Of a stretch of 64,000 bases of DNA, positions 51,101 to 63,679 are shown piece by piece. The notes under the pieces are model-generated. The model was not told the origin of the DNA. It ran no database searches and was given only the letters and a program-made list of their open reading frames with translations. The stretch lies in assembly GCF_006345805.1 (NCBI RefSeq), contig NC_042997.1:52328001-52392000 (forward strand), given 5' to 3'. How positions within the stretch are numbered: the first letter of the stretch is position 1; each line of letters opens with the position of its first letter. The position numbers were made by a program, and so were the translations under genes. This DNA comes from Octopus sinensis. Its lineage: Eukaryota.

Positions 51101-53541
51101 CTTGTACTGCAGCCTTGTACAACTCTCACCAGCAATGACTGCTCAAACAGACCCATGGGTTGTAGATTTGTTGCTTAAGTGGTGTGCAAGGGTGTCATAT
51201 TCCAAGAATAGGGAATCACCAATAAATGGTGGATGGATGCTGTGATATGCTGTTACAGTGCATCCTCCGATACTACTACTACTACTACTACTCCTATCAT
51301 GTCAATAACCTCAGAAAGATTGCCTTCGGATAAAAGCTACTTTGTTTATCTAGGTTTTAATTAGATAAAATAAATGTTCAAGATATAGAAAAACAAAAAG
51401 CCACCACTGTTATGGTTGATTATATGTGTTGCATTTCCTCAGTACAATTTATCAACTTCTGTTTTAAAAGTTTTTTTTTTTGTTTTTGGCTTTTTTTTTT
51501 TTTTTTGTTTTTTTGCAATACATTCTTTTTTTTTTTACTTATAAAAGCAAATCTCAAAATTATCTTGTTTAGGAAAGCATTTACTAGTGCTACACATCCT
51601 CTGTGCTATTCATCACATTCTCTCCTTCCCTTTCTCTTTCCCTCTCTTCTCTCTTCCATCATTATACTGTTCATGCAATTTCTGTGCATTCTTCTTACTA
51701 ACCATGTCATGTAGCTCTCTCTCTCTCCTTTGCTTCCTCCTCTGTCATTCTCTTACTCCTATCTCACTGGTTCTCTTCTCTTACTCTTTCTATCACCCTT
51801 TTGTTCTGGTCTTCTTTCATTCTTTTTTCTATTTATCAAAGGATGAGACAATCCTCTGGTACAGATAAAAGAGGGAATACAAACAACAGTGTAGAGTGGC
51901 CTCTTTAGACTTGCTTAAGAACAAAGAACCCTCCCCTCTCTTATGCTGGTATTATAGTATAACCTACCCTGAACTCTTTGGAAAGTGGTTGGTTTAATGA
52001 TCAGAAATCAGCATCATGTATCAGTGATGTACTCATCTGTTTTACTGTACTGCCACTCAGTGGTATCCTTTACAGTAAACTGGATTTAGCTCTTAAAAAT
52101 CAACTGCCTTGACCATAAACAGAGCTTAGGCTCAATTGAAAGATATGAATCACAAGCCCTTTATATGGTTTCTTTTTCTTCAGTTATGAATAACTTAATG
52201 AATATTAGCTGGTAATTTGTTACAAAACCTTGTTTAACACTTTTGACATGAACCTACCTAACATATAAATATAAAGGTTTGTTATTTTTCCAAATACAAC
52301 CAAATTCTTGATTATTTGCAAAATAATGGAAACCCATAGGTACTGCATCTCATTAACATTTTTAACGTTACACTAACAATTACAATGTAGGCATGGCTGT
52401 GTGGTTAAGATGTTTCATTGAAACCACATAGTTCCAGGTTCAACCTGTTTGTGTGTGTGTGAGAGAGAGAGAGAGAGAGTGAGAAAAAGGTGGCGTCTTC
52501 TTTCTTTGGTATCACAACTGTTGTAAATGAGTGCTACTGTCATACGAGTGAGTCTTTTGTTTCTGAACTTCAGTGAAAACTAGTCCTTCCATGGGGAAAA
52601 AAATTCCCTTGGAAACAGGTGATGGTTGGTGACAAGAAGGACCCCAGCCATAGACAATCTGCATTGACAAATCCAACCCATGCAGGCATGGTTCAGTGGT
52701 CAGGGTGTTGGACTCATGATTGTAAGATTGTGGTTTTGATTCCTGGACCAAACAATGTATTGTGTTCTTGATCAAAACACTTCATTTCATGTTGCTCCAG
52801 TCCACTTACTGGTAAAAATGAGTAATCCTATAACAGACTGGTGGCCTGTCCAGGAAGGAATATGTATGTCAGAGAAACCAGGAAACTCCTTATGGAGTAA
52901 TGTGAACTAACCATGCTAGCATTGAAATGTGGACATTAAAACAATAATGATATGGCTGCATATGACAAATATGGCAATCATTTTTGTCATTCTTAGAAAC
53001 CATGATTATTATTAATTTTCTTTCAATTGCTACATAATAATGTTGTTTTTATTCCAGAATTTTGTCAAAAACAATGAAGTTCTAAATACTTTATTGTATT
53101 TAGTTTAGTGCCTAAGTTAATGTTTACCTTTCATTAAATACTAATAATATGATGAAAATAATTACATCAACTACACTACCTTCCTCTAGAGAACTGTGTG
53201 AATGTTTATTTAGTTATATTATTTTGAAATATTATTGTAATATCTCTGTTACCATCATTCAAATAGCATTTGCAAAAAAAAAAAAGAAAAAATCAATGAT
53301 AAAAATAATAAATCATGAAAAATTCTTTTACATTTTTTAAAATAAGACTCTTATCCTCTTATCTGACATTTTCTCAATGATTCCATACATCAGTATCTAT
53401 CAATAGAAACAACTTCTCAAAACACTAAGTTTTGCATATTTGGTAGAAATGTCACTTTCTAGATCCATTGAGTTTCACAATAATCTATTTCACTTTCTTT
53501 CCACAATGTTTAGATGTATGAGATCCCAACATCCTTATATG

Positions 53542-53573
<32 letters not shown>

Positions 53574-53590
53574 TTATATATGTGTATATA

Positions 53591-53944
53591 AGCAATAATC
53601 ATAATAATAGAGAATATGGAGACGGGTACATCCGCAAAATTTATTTCCTTTTATTTTAGAATGTCAGACATTATTTTGTGGTTACAATGACCTACGCATG
53701 TTTCCACTGTACAAACTATAGGCAGTTGCATATGCAACCAGCTTCATTCAGGGTCTTTCAACCAGCTTGTCTCAAGTTCACGAAGCTGTACAGAAAATTA
53801 TGCCCAGTTGCATATGCATCTGCCTATACTCTGTGGAGTGGAAACATGTGTAGGTCGTCACAACCATATAACAATGTAAAATAAAAGGAAATAAATTTTG
53901 AGGATGTACCAGTCTCCATATTTTCTATCGTTATAATTATTGCT
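53591..53944. mobile_element. Foldback MITE (~150-bp inverted arms, TA-rich flanks)
   Basis: AGCAATAAT...TATGGAGACGGGTACATCCGCAAAATTTATTTCCTTTTATTTT...CATGTTTCCACT...TAGGCAGTTGCATATGCAAC is inverted on the right side. Confidence 0.75.
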
Positions 53945-54191
53945 AATATACACTCCAGATAATATTACCATCCAGTGAAGCAAACACAGAATTACTCATC
54001 GGAGGAATTTACAGAATGAATGACAACTCCTAGTAGTTATAGATGCTAAATACTAATCAATGCGGTTAGCTATAACCTGGAACATAACTGAGAGCTACCA
54101 TGGTGTCCACCTGGATATTATATCTCTGTAAACTCACATTAATATATGTGTGTTAATATATACAGGACAAGATACAAATAATGGTGGTTAC

Positions 54192-54590
54192 ATCATCATC
54201 ATTTAACGTCCGTTGTCCATGCTGGTATAGGTTGAACACTTTGACCAGGGCTGGCAAGCTGGAAGGCTGCACCAGACTCCAATCTGATTTGTCATGGTTT
54301 GTATAGCTGGATGCCCTTCCTAATGCCAACCACTCTGAGAGTGTAATGGGTGCTTTTACGTGCCACCGGCATGGGTGCCATTTGCATGACTCCAGTATCT
54401 TCCATGACAGTGATTTTGCTCAGCTTGATGGGTTTTCTTCTCAAGCATGACAATGCCAAAGGTCTCGGTCATTGCCTCCATGAGGCCCAACACTCAAAAG
54501 AAGCTCAGCCACTTTGCCTCTATGAGGCCCAATGCTCGAAAGGTACTTTTTACGTGCCACCAGCACAGGTGCATTTACGTAACACCAATG
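54192..54590 (-). mobile_element. RTE 3' UTR fragment
   Basis: (CAT)n-TTAACGTCCG...GGATGCCCTTCCTAATGCCAACCACTC...GGTGCTTTTACGTGCCAC. Confidence 0.75.
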
Positions 54591-54672
54591 TTTATTTATT
54601 TCAGTAAATTTGACTTACAGCTGTTTTCAGTTGTAATTATAGGTTCATTATACATAAATACATATATATATA

Positions 54673-55075
54673 GGAGCAGGAGTGGCTGTGTGGTAAGTAG
54701 TTTACTTACCAACCACATGGTTCCGGGTTCAGTCCCACTGTGTGGCATCTTAGGCAAGTGTCTTCTACTATAGCCTTGGGCCGACCGAAGCCTTATGAGT
54801 GGATTTGGTAGACAGAAACTGAAAGAAGCCCATCGTATATATGTATATATATATGTGTGTGTGTATGTTTGTGTGTCTGTGTTTGTCCTCCTAGCATTGC
54901 TTGACAACCGATGCTGGTGTGTTTATGTCGCCGTCACTTAGCGGTTCGGCAAAAGAGAATGATAGAATAAGTACTGGGCTTACAAAGAATAAGTCCCGGG
55001 GTCGATTTGCTCGACTAAAGGCGGTGCTCCAGCATGGCCGCTGTCAAATAACTGAAACAAGCAAAAGAGCAAAGA

Positions 55076-55078
<3 letters not shown>
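54673..55078 (+). mobile_element. SINE family 1, near full length, followed by a long (TA)n
   Basis: Matches the other family 1 copies. Confidence 0.88.
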
Positions 55079-55141
<63 letters not shown>

Positions 55142-55466
55142 TCTTGGGAAAGTCATTACACCAATAATAATAAACACCTTCACTGGTTAAATATCCAACC
55201 AACAAACTAATATATCATTTACTTTATTTGTCACCTAAACAATCAATCATTTGTTTGTCAAAGTCCTTGAATCTGTCTGAGAATTAGTCTTATATCTGTG
55301 TGTATGCATACTTGTATATATTTATGTAGATGTGTAATTGTTTACAAGAGAAAGGAAGGGTGAGAGTAATTGAAGAGTGTGTGCATGTGTGTGTAGTTGT
55401 ATGTGTGCACTCGTGTGCCTGCCTGTATGTGTTTGTGAGTGTGTGAATCATTCATGACCTCTTTAA

Positions 55467-55686
55467 CCCTTTTGTTACTGTATTTATTTTGAGATACTCT
55501 GTATTTCCTTGAATTACTATAAATATAACAAAGAATTTAGTAAAATAACTTAGTTATCATTCAGCTAGTGTTAGGAACATAAATTGTGATTAAGGTTTGG
55601 TGGAAGATTTTAATTCAGAACTTTTGAAAACAAGGCATTTGTACTCAGAGCTAGAGCCGGTTTCAGCCAGGTTGGTAATAAAAGGG
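55467..55686. mobile_element. piggyBac-type MITE, copy 2
   Basis: TTAA at 55463-66 and 55687-90; termini CCCTTTTGTTAC / GTAATAAAAGGG. Confidence 0.82.
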
Positions 55687-55748
55687 TTAATAGTTTGACC
55701 TTTTGTTCAAGGTCATTTTGGTCTCAGATCTGCTGGGATTTGCTTTTC

Positions 55749-56630
55749 ATTATCATCATCATCGTTTAACGTCTGTTTTCCATGCTGGCTTGGGTTGGAT
55801 GGTTTGGCTGAGGTCTGGAGAGCCAGCGGCTGCACTAGGCTCCAGTCTGATCTGGCAATGTTTCTACAGCTGGATGCCCTTCCTAACACCAACCACTCCA
55901 AGAGTGTAGTGGGTGCTTTTTACATTCCACTAGTATAGGAGCCAGTTAGGTGGGCCTGGCATCAATCACATTTGGATAATGCTTTTTACATGCTACTGGC
56001 ATGGGGGCCAGTCAGTGGATACTGGCATTGGCCACATTCAGATGGTGCTTTTTACATGTCACCGGTATGGGAGCCAGTCAGGGGGCACTGGCCATAGCTA
56101 CAATATTAGTTTTACTTGACTCAACAGGTCCTCTCAAGTATATCATATTGCCCGATCAGGGGTACTCTTAACTGGGCCAGACATGCATGGTTGCAATCTC
56201 ACTTTAGTTACTGGGTCTTCTCAATCACAGTATATCTTCAAAGGTCTCAGTCTCCTGTCATTGCCTCTGTGAGGCCCAATGTTCAAAGGTCATGCTTCGC
56301 CACTCATCCCATGTCTTCATCATCATCATCATCATTATTTAAAGTCCATTGTCTATGCTGGCATGGATTGGAAGGTTTGATAAGGGCTGGTAAGTTAAGG
56401 GGCTGCACTAGACTCTTGTCTGATTTGGCATGGTTTCTATGGCTGAATCCCTTTCCTAATATCAACCACTCCTAGAGTGCAATGGGTGCTTTTACATGCC
56501 ACCAGTATTGGTGCCAGTTACATGACACCAGCATCGAGCACATTGCCTCTGTGAGGCCCAACACTCAAATGGCGCTTTTTATGTACCATGATACTGGCAT
56601 CGGCTACATTGCTTCTGCATTTACTAATGC
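55749..56630 (-). mobile_element. Two head-to-tail RTE 3'-end fragments
   Basis: Two (CAT)n tails (~55750 and ~56320), each followed by the RTE 3' UTR reverse complement. Confidence 0.72.
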
Positions 56631-58015
56631 ACTTATCATGAGAACTTGCTCTGCAAGAACTGGTTAACAATTGTATCAGACACATCCACCACTACGAATT
56701 GAGCAGTACTGGAGAACTTCTATGTTCAGCTCTTAGGAATTGAGGCAATTGTACCTTGGCAAATTACATTACAGCTACCTTCTTTACAATCACCACTATA
56801 AATCTCATGATATATAAAACAAGCTGGACAACAAACTAATTGCAATATACCTTGTCTACCTCATAAACTAAACCTAGCATAGACCAGGCTTGTAACATGA
56901 CATATTCAGTGTGCTTCATGTGTTGGTCCTTCCATATTTAATTGGTTACCTCAGCACAACAGGCCCACTCTAGCACATCTGTCTGAGACCACTCATTAAC
57001 AGCAGCTTGGTACACTTATGTGTGTATCTCTCTCTCTTCACCACCACATGCTCATGCCTCTTCAATTCTATATTGTAATTATTTCATTGCAGCCATCATC
57101 ATTTTTTTCAATTTGTGTCTATCATGGATATTTGTTATCACAAATTGGAAGGTTTTATCTGAATGAAAATTATAATAAGCTGCTGCTACCTTTCACAATA
57201 GCTTACATTTTCAGCTGCAGGACATGTACAGTATTTCAATTTGTTGCTGAGAAATCTGCAAAGACAATTATCTAGTGGACAAAAGTTGTCTTTCTCCACT
57301 AGCAATCACAAACCCAGCTGAAGAATAATGAGACTGTTGACACCTTTTGTACAGATAATAGCAACAATAATAACAGTGTCTGCTGTCTCACCCCTTCCAT
57401 GCAGGAGTTATATTTCCTGTAGGTCTTTCTTTCTCATTTAACTACTGACTTGCCTTAGAGTTGTATCTATTATTCTGCTAGGCTTCTTTCAATTTGGTTT
57501 TGAAAGTGTCTTCTTTATTCATCAGTTGTTATACTGAGGGTAGATGAAAGCATATTCAAGTATTCTTTACTTATTGGAGATTGTGAAAGTGAAAAGTTTA
57601 TATATGGTACAACAAACTGATACAATTCACATAAAGTTTAGAAATCTATCACTGAAAAATAATATATATCAAACTTTGAATCTTGCATATATTTCCAATT
57701 TCTGATCAATAACTGTATATTACCTCATTTTCTATGTTCTAATAACTGCTAGATAGCTTCATAGCTTCTTTTTGTTTTTTAACTGCATAAATAAGCATTT
57801 TGTGTTGTTGAATTTAGTTTGCGTATTTCTTATCTAGACTTTAGTCAAAGTTCATACAGAGATTATGTTTTAATGTTGCAAGACTTTGTGTTCCTTACAT
57901 AATAATTGTATTTTTGTCTGAAATGTAAACAGACTTCTGTAAACATTTAATGTTAACTTGGTTTGAGAATTTAGAGTACTAGATATTTTTCTAGTTCTGT
58001 TTTTGTGTTAGAGAG

Positions 58016-58062
<47 letters not shown>

Positions 58063-59485
58063 CTGCTTTGTTTTCTGACTTTTTAATCATCTCATAATAA
58101 TGACTTTTATGACTTTTATTACTACCTCAGTTCATCTAATTGTATATATCTGTCGTTACCTTTCATAAAAAGCCTTTTCTTTTTTTATTTACAATGTGCA
58201 TTTTCGTTGATTTTTCTTATTTTCCCCTTACATTATTTCCACGTGTAGTTTATATTTTCGGTATCCCTTTAACGGTATGTTAAAATAATTGACCTGATCA
58301 TTTATATTCTGATTAATTAAAGATCATCCTTCTGTTGGTTAATCTTAGGTAGTAATTGAAGATTACTTAGCAAAATCGATGATGCTGATTAAAGGTGTGA
58401 ATGTTATTCATTAAAGAAGAGAAGTTTAAAACACATGAACATTGGAAATAATAGAATTTTTTCTTTCTTTTTTTTCTTTTTACTTTCGTAATATTTTCTA
58501 TATTTTACTTTCTGATGCTATCCACATGCTAGCATGGCACCAGATGCATTTCCCTGAAGTTTGGCACCTTTTTATAAGGCACCAAAATTCAATCCTGTAC
58601 TCACTATCCTTGTTATACTTTCCTTTTTTCTTGCATAACACTACCACATTAGTCACAAGGCTTGATTTCTTACGGTACATCTAGAAAATCAACTTAACAA
58701 AAAGTATGACCACGGTTATTTCTGTCAAGATCACACTTCTGTAGAAATCTTTGAACAGCATTGTAGAGGGTGAAATGTGTTAAGACGAATATTCTTGGCT
58801 TGAACTCAGCCCCTTTCTATTTATCATAAAGTGTACCAATTCTGGTAATATTTCATGATGCTTTTTACTATGCTGAGGTGGATTGCAGGCTGTAATAAAT
58901 AGCACCAAATAATATGAATGATTTTATTGAAAGAGAGAGAAAGAGAAAATTGTGATTTTTATAAGGGTCTACTAACTCAAGCAGTGATGGAACAATATAT
59001 TTATTACTTTGACAGCTAACTTGATTATTATATTGTGTAGGCAAAGTATTTAGTAGTAACTCTTTCAGAATTCACTGGCAGTCTATTCACCAAAATATTC
59101 TAGAGTCATCTGTACATGACATTACATAAATCACATGTCAATCTTGCTTTGTGCCATAAATTAATGATTATTTCTTCCAGTCTTCAACATTTACCTCTCT
59201 GTCAGTTTTTAATATGTCTCCAAACTACTTGATTCTGAATTTAAACATATTTTAAACTCAAAGAAAAGTGGACACAAAATTTAGATTTAGCATTTAACCT
59301 CTCTTTTACTCTCTTTTACTTGTTTCCGTCATTTGACTGTGGCCATGCTGGAGCACCCGCCTTTTAGTCGAGGTGTGAGCTAGTCAGTCACTGCTTAGTC
59401 AATCAAGCAGTTCAGGAAGGTATCATTCCAGACAGCTGGAGCAGTACCATTCTCAACTGCTACAAGAGTAAAGGAGATGCATTAA

Positions 59486-60304
59486 TCCTTTAGCATTTAA
59501 ACCAGCCATAGCTAGCCCAAATAGTCTACCTGTTTTATATTCAAACTAGCCAGATCCAGCCTCACACACCTCTCCTACAGTATTATTCTAAAATTTAACA
59601 ATCATCATCATCATTTAACGTCTGTTTTTCATGGATGGTTCGACCAAGTTCTGGGAAGCCAGGAGGCTGCACAAGGCTCCAGTCTGATCTGGCAGTGTTT
59701 CTACAGCTGGATGCCCTTCCTAATGCTAACCACTCCATGAGTGTAGGGGGTGCTTTTTACGTGCCACCAGCGCTGGTGCCAGGGGAGGCTGATATCATGA
59801 AAATCTTGAAGCCACAAGATAATGCATGATTAATGTAAACAATAGGCGCAGGAGTGGCTGTGTGGTAAGTAGCTTGCTAACCAGCCACATGGTTCCGGGT
59901 TCAGTCCCACTGCGTGGCATCTTGGGCAAGTGACTTCTGCTATAGCCCCGGGCCAACCAATGCCTTGTGAGTGGATTTGGTAGACGGAAACTGAAAGAAG
60001 CCTGTCGTATATATGTATATATATATATATATATATGTATTTGTGTGTCTGTGTTTGTCCCCCTAGCATAGCTTGACAACCGATGCTGGTGTGTTTACGT
60101 CCCCGTCACTTAGCGGTTCGGCAAAAGAGACTGATAGAATAAGTACTGGGCTTACAAAGAATAAGTCCTGGGGTCGATTTGCTTGACTAAAGGCGGTGCT
60201 CCAGCATGGCCGCAGTCAAATGACTGAAACAAGTAAAAGAGAGTAGTAAAGAGTGAATAATTAACAAGCATTTCATTTGACAGAGTAATCTGAATGCTAA
60301 GGGG
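59486..60304. mobile_element. Second piggyBac-type MITE family, interrupted by an RTE 3' fragment (~59600-59785, minus) and a family 1 SINE (59845-60254, plus)
   Basis: TTAA|TCCTTTAGCATT ... AATGCTAAGGGG|TTAA termini. Confidence 0.7.
59845..60254 (+). mobile_element. SINE family 1, near full length
   Basis: Matches the other family 1 copies; (AAAGAGT)n-like tail. Confidence 0.9.
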
Positions 60305-60829
60305 TTAAAGAGAGGAAATTTACAAGTTATCAAATTGTTGAACCAGATTACAAAAGTTATATAAATGCATTCAATGCTATATTGCTATAGTTAAGAAGTT
60401 TGCTTTTCAACAACATGCTTTCAGATTCAGTTCTACTGCATAACACCTTGGGAAAATATTTTCCACTATAGCCCCAGGCCAACCAAGGCCTTGCGAATGG
60501 ATTTAGTAGACAGTAATTGAAAAAGAAGTCCATCATGTTTGTGTGTGTGTGTGTGTACATACGTGTGTCTGTCAATTTATTTATGCCTGCACTCACTGAA
60601 AGTCATGACGTTTACTTGATGTTTTCATTGATATTTCTTCAGTCAATAAATCGCTCACTTATTTCATACCTTTGAAGTTATGTGGATTAAGAGATCCCTT
60701 ACTTGAAAAACAGGTAAGACTTAATTTTAGGAGGGACATCCAGTTATAAAATCAATGCTTCAGTTACATAGTTACCTAACCCATAGTAGCATGGAAAAAC
60801 AGATATAAAAACAATTGAAACAAATGAAG

Positions 60830-61071
60830 CAGAAAGAGTTATAGACCAATTGATGAGCAAAAGAATTAGCTTAGATGAGATGCCATTCAGCTTTGTACCA
60901 GAGAGTACTACTGATGCAACTTCAAAAAAAGTATTTAGCTAAAAATAAACCACTGTAGCTAGCATTTATAGATCTGAAAAATACTTTTGCAGGGTTCCAT
61001 TATCTTTGATTTGTTGGTTACTGAGGAAGCCAGTGGTAGATGAATAGCTTGTGAAGGCTTTCCAAGCTATG

Positions 61072-61102
<31 letters not shown>

Positions 61103-63260
61103 GTTTAACGTCCGTTTTTCGCGCTAGCACGGGTTGGACGGTTCGACCGGGGTCTGGGAAGCCAGGGGCCGCTCCAGGCTCCAGTCTGATCTGGCAGAGT
61201 TTCTACGACTGGATGCCCTTCCTAACGCCAACCACTCTGTGAGTGGAGTGGGTGCTTTTTACGTGCCACCTGCACAGGGGCCGGGGGGTCCGGCATCGGT
61301 CACGATTGGTTCGAGCTTTTAACGTGCCAGCGGCACGGGGGCAACGGGATCCGGGGTACTTTGAATGGGTAGGGGGTATGTGGAATTGCTGCAGAAAGCA
61401 GCCCGGGTCTTTGCAGTCACAGCATATCTCCAGAGATCTCGGTCCTTCGCCATTGCCTCAGTGAGGCCCAATGCTCTGAAGTCATGCTTGACTACCTCAT
61501 CCCATGTCTTCCTGGGTCTACCTCTCCCCCTGATACCTTCAACTGTTTGGGAGTGGCACTTCTTCACACACCTCTCTTCATCCATCCGCAGCACATGACC
61601 ATACCATCGCAAGCGTCGCTCTTGCACACCACATCTGATGCTTCTTATATCCAGCATTTCTCTCAGGATGCTTACACTCTGTCTTGCGTGCACACTGACA
61701 CTACACATCCAGCGGATCATGCTAGCTTCATTTCTTTCAAGTCTACGCATGTCCTCTGCAGTCACAGCCCATGTTTCATTACCGTGAAGCATGGCAGTTC
61801 GCACACATGCATCATACAGTCTACCTTTCGCTCTGAGGGAGAGACCTTTTGTTGCCAGTAGGGGTAGGAGCTTTCTGAACTTTGCCCAGGCTATTCGTAT
61901 TCTAGTGGTGATACTCTCTGTGCATCCACCTCCGCTACTAACTTGGTCACCCAGGTAGCGGAAACTATCAACTACTTTTAGTTTCTCTCCCTGGAGTGTG
62001 ATGGAATCTGTTTTCTGAGTGTCTGTTGTGTCTATTGTCCCTGTGCATCTGCCGCACATGAAAGCTATCTTATCTGTTAATTTCCCTTTAATGTTGCTGC
62101 ACCTCTTATGTGTCCATAGCTTACATTGGGTGCATCTTATGGAGTTTCTACCTGTACCTTTCTTACAGATTGAGCAGGGCCACCTACCCGAGGGGGTGTG
62201 TGTTGAGTACCTCTTGCTGCTTACTAATACTTTGGTCTTTGCTACATTTATTCTAAGGCCCTTTGATTCTAACCCTTGCTTCCACACCCGAAATTTCTTT
62301 TCTAGTTCCGGTAGTGATTCTGCTATGAGAGCTAGGTCATCGGCATAGAGGAGCTCCCAGGGGCATCCCGTTTTGAATTCCTCTGTTATTGCCTGAAGGA
62401 CTATGATGAATAAAAGGGGACTGAGGGCTGAGCCCTGGTGCACACCTACTTCTACCCGGAATTCTTCACTATATTCGTTGCCAATCCTAACCTTGCTGAC
62501 AGCCTCTCTGTATAGAGCCTGTACAGCCCTTAATGGAAATGGGAATTAACAATGGTTACAATAAGTAATTTAGTGAGCAGGTAGAGATCCACCAAAGCTG
62601 TCCTTAGTCCCTTTCTATTTATCATAGCCACCAAAGCCATAGCAGAGGGGTTTAAAACTGGTTTCCATGGGAAATCCTGTATGTTGATGACCTAGTTCTC
62701 ACTGCTGAATCTGTATAGAATTAGAGAAGAAATTCAAGACATAGAAGCAAAACCTAGACTTTAGAGGCCTTAAACTAAACTTAGCCAGTACTAGAATGTT
62801 AGTAAGAAGGAAAGAACACAGGATTCTGGTACAATCTGGAAAATGGCAGTGCTCAAAATACAGTAAAGAAGTAAATAGGAATTCCATACAGTGAACACTA
62901 TATAAAGTATGAACACACGAGATGTAGTGGTATCAGAAGTAGGCTAACAAGGATGATAAGTTTACATGCAGCACTAAAAGCATGTGGGAAATAGATTCTC
63001 TTAAATGCCACAGATTTCTTGGAAGTAAGTGATTGCTTCTGTTACCTTGATGAGCTGATTAATATTAAATGGGGGTAGTCTGAAAGTATAACAGCTATAG
63101 TAAGAAAATGTTGGCAAAAGTTCAGGGGACTATTACCTCTGTATGTTACAAGAGAATTCTCTCTGAGAATAGAAGGCAAATTGTATGATACTTGTGTACA
63201 TAATGCAATGATGCTCAGTTGTGAGATGTAGGTCCTTAGTACTGAAGATTTATAAAGACT
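60830..63260 (+). mobile_element. Old degenerate RTE LINE RT region, interrupted by a young antisense RTE
   Basis: Left part: RVIDQLMSKRISLDEM...LAFIDL...LVKAFQAM (to 61071). Right part from 62533: MGINNGY...VEIHQ...LFII...KTG.PWEILYVDDL...RGLKLNLASTRMLV. Confidence 0.75.
61072..62532 (-). mobile_element. Young 5'-truncated RTE LINE; open frame 62532->61319 (RT C-half, PHD-like CxxC region, C-terminus); (GAT)n tail
   Basis: RAVQALYREAVSKVRIGNEYSEEFRVEVGVHQGSALSPLLF...PWELLYADDL...RLRWYGHVLRM...GRGRPRKTWDEVV with no stops; tail at 61072-61102. Confidence 0.92.
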
Positions 63261-63679
63261 AGCAGCACCCATGAATATTTCATGGAATTAATGGTGAATC
63301 TATTGGGTTATTTCTGAAAACTTTATCCAGAAAACTGAAGGTGTAGAGTGTTGTGTCTATATGGAAAGATAGTCACTCATCTGCAACTCTTTGAAAATTA
63401 CTTAATGCATTTTATATATACACATTATATACTTTATGCACAATGTTATAGACTTCATACACAGCAATCGAAAAATAAATATTCGCTCTTATTTTGCCAT
63501 TTTTCCCATTAACAAAAAAAATACCCCATATGATACAACCTTTAGTAAAATTGTCTATATCTTGCCACATGAATAAGCATGAATATTTCACAGACTTGCT
63601 CTTATACACATATGTTAAGTGATAAGTGATATAAAAAACTTGGTTCAATTTTTAAAAAATACTCTTTTCACTATCCAAT

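Noticed and set aside
53617-53625. TGG AGA CGG (W-R-R), matching the expected NLE1 C-terminus
   Set aside because: Not directly preceded by a usable acceptor or pyrimidine tract, no stop follows, and it lies in the arm of the 53.6-kb foldback element.
57207-57255. Minus-strand 49-nt candidate exon (tttgcag|...FLSNKLKYCTCPAAEN|gtaagc)
   Set aside because: Isolated, with no recognisable homology.
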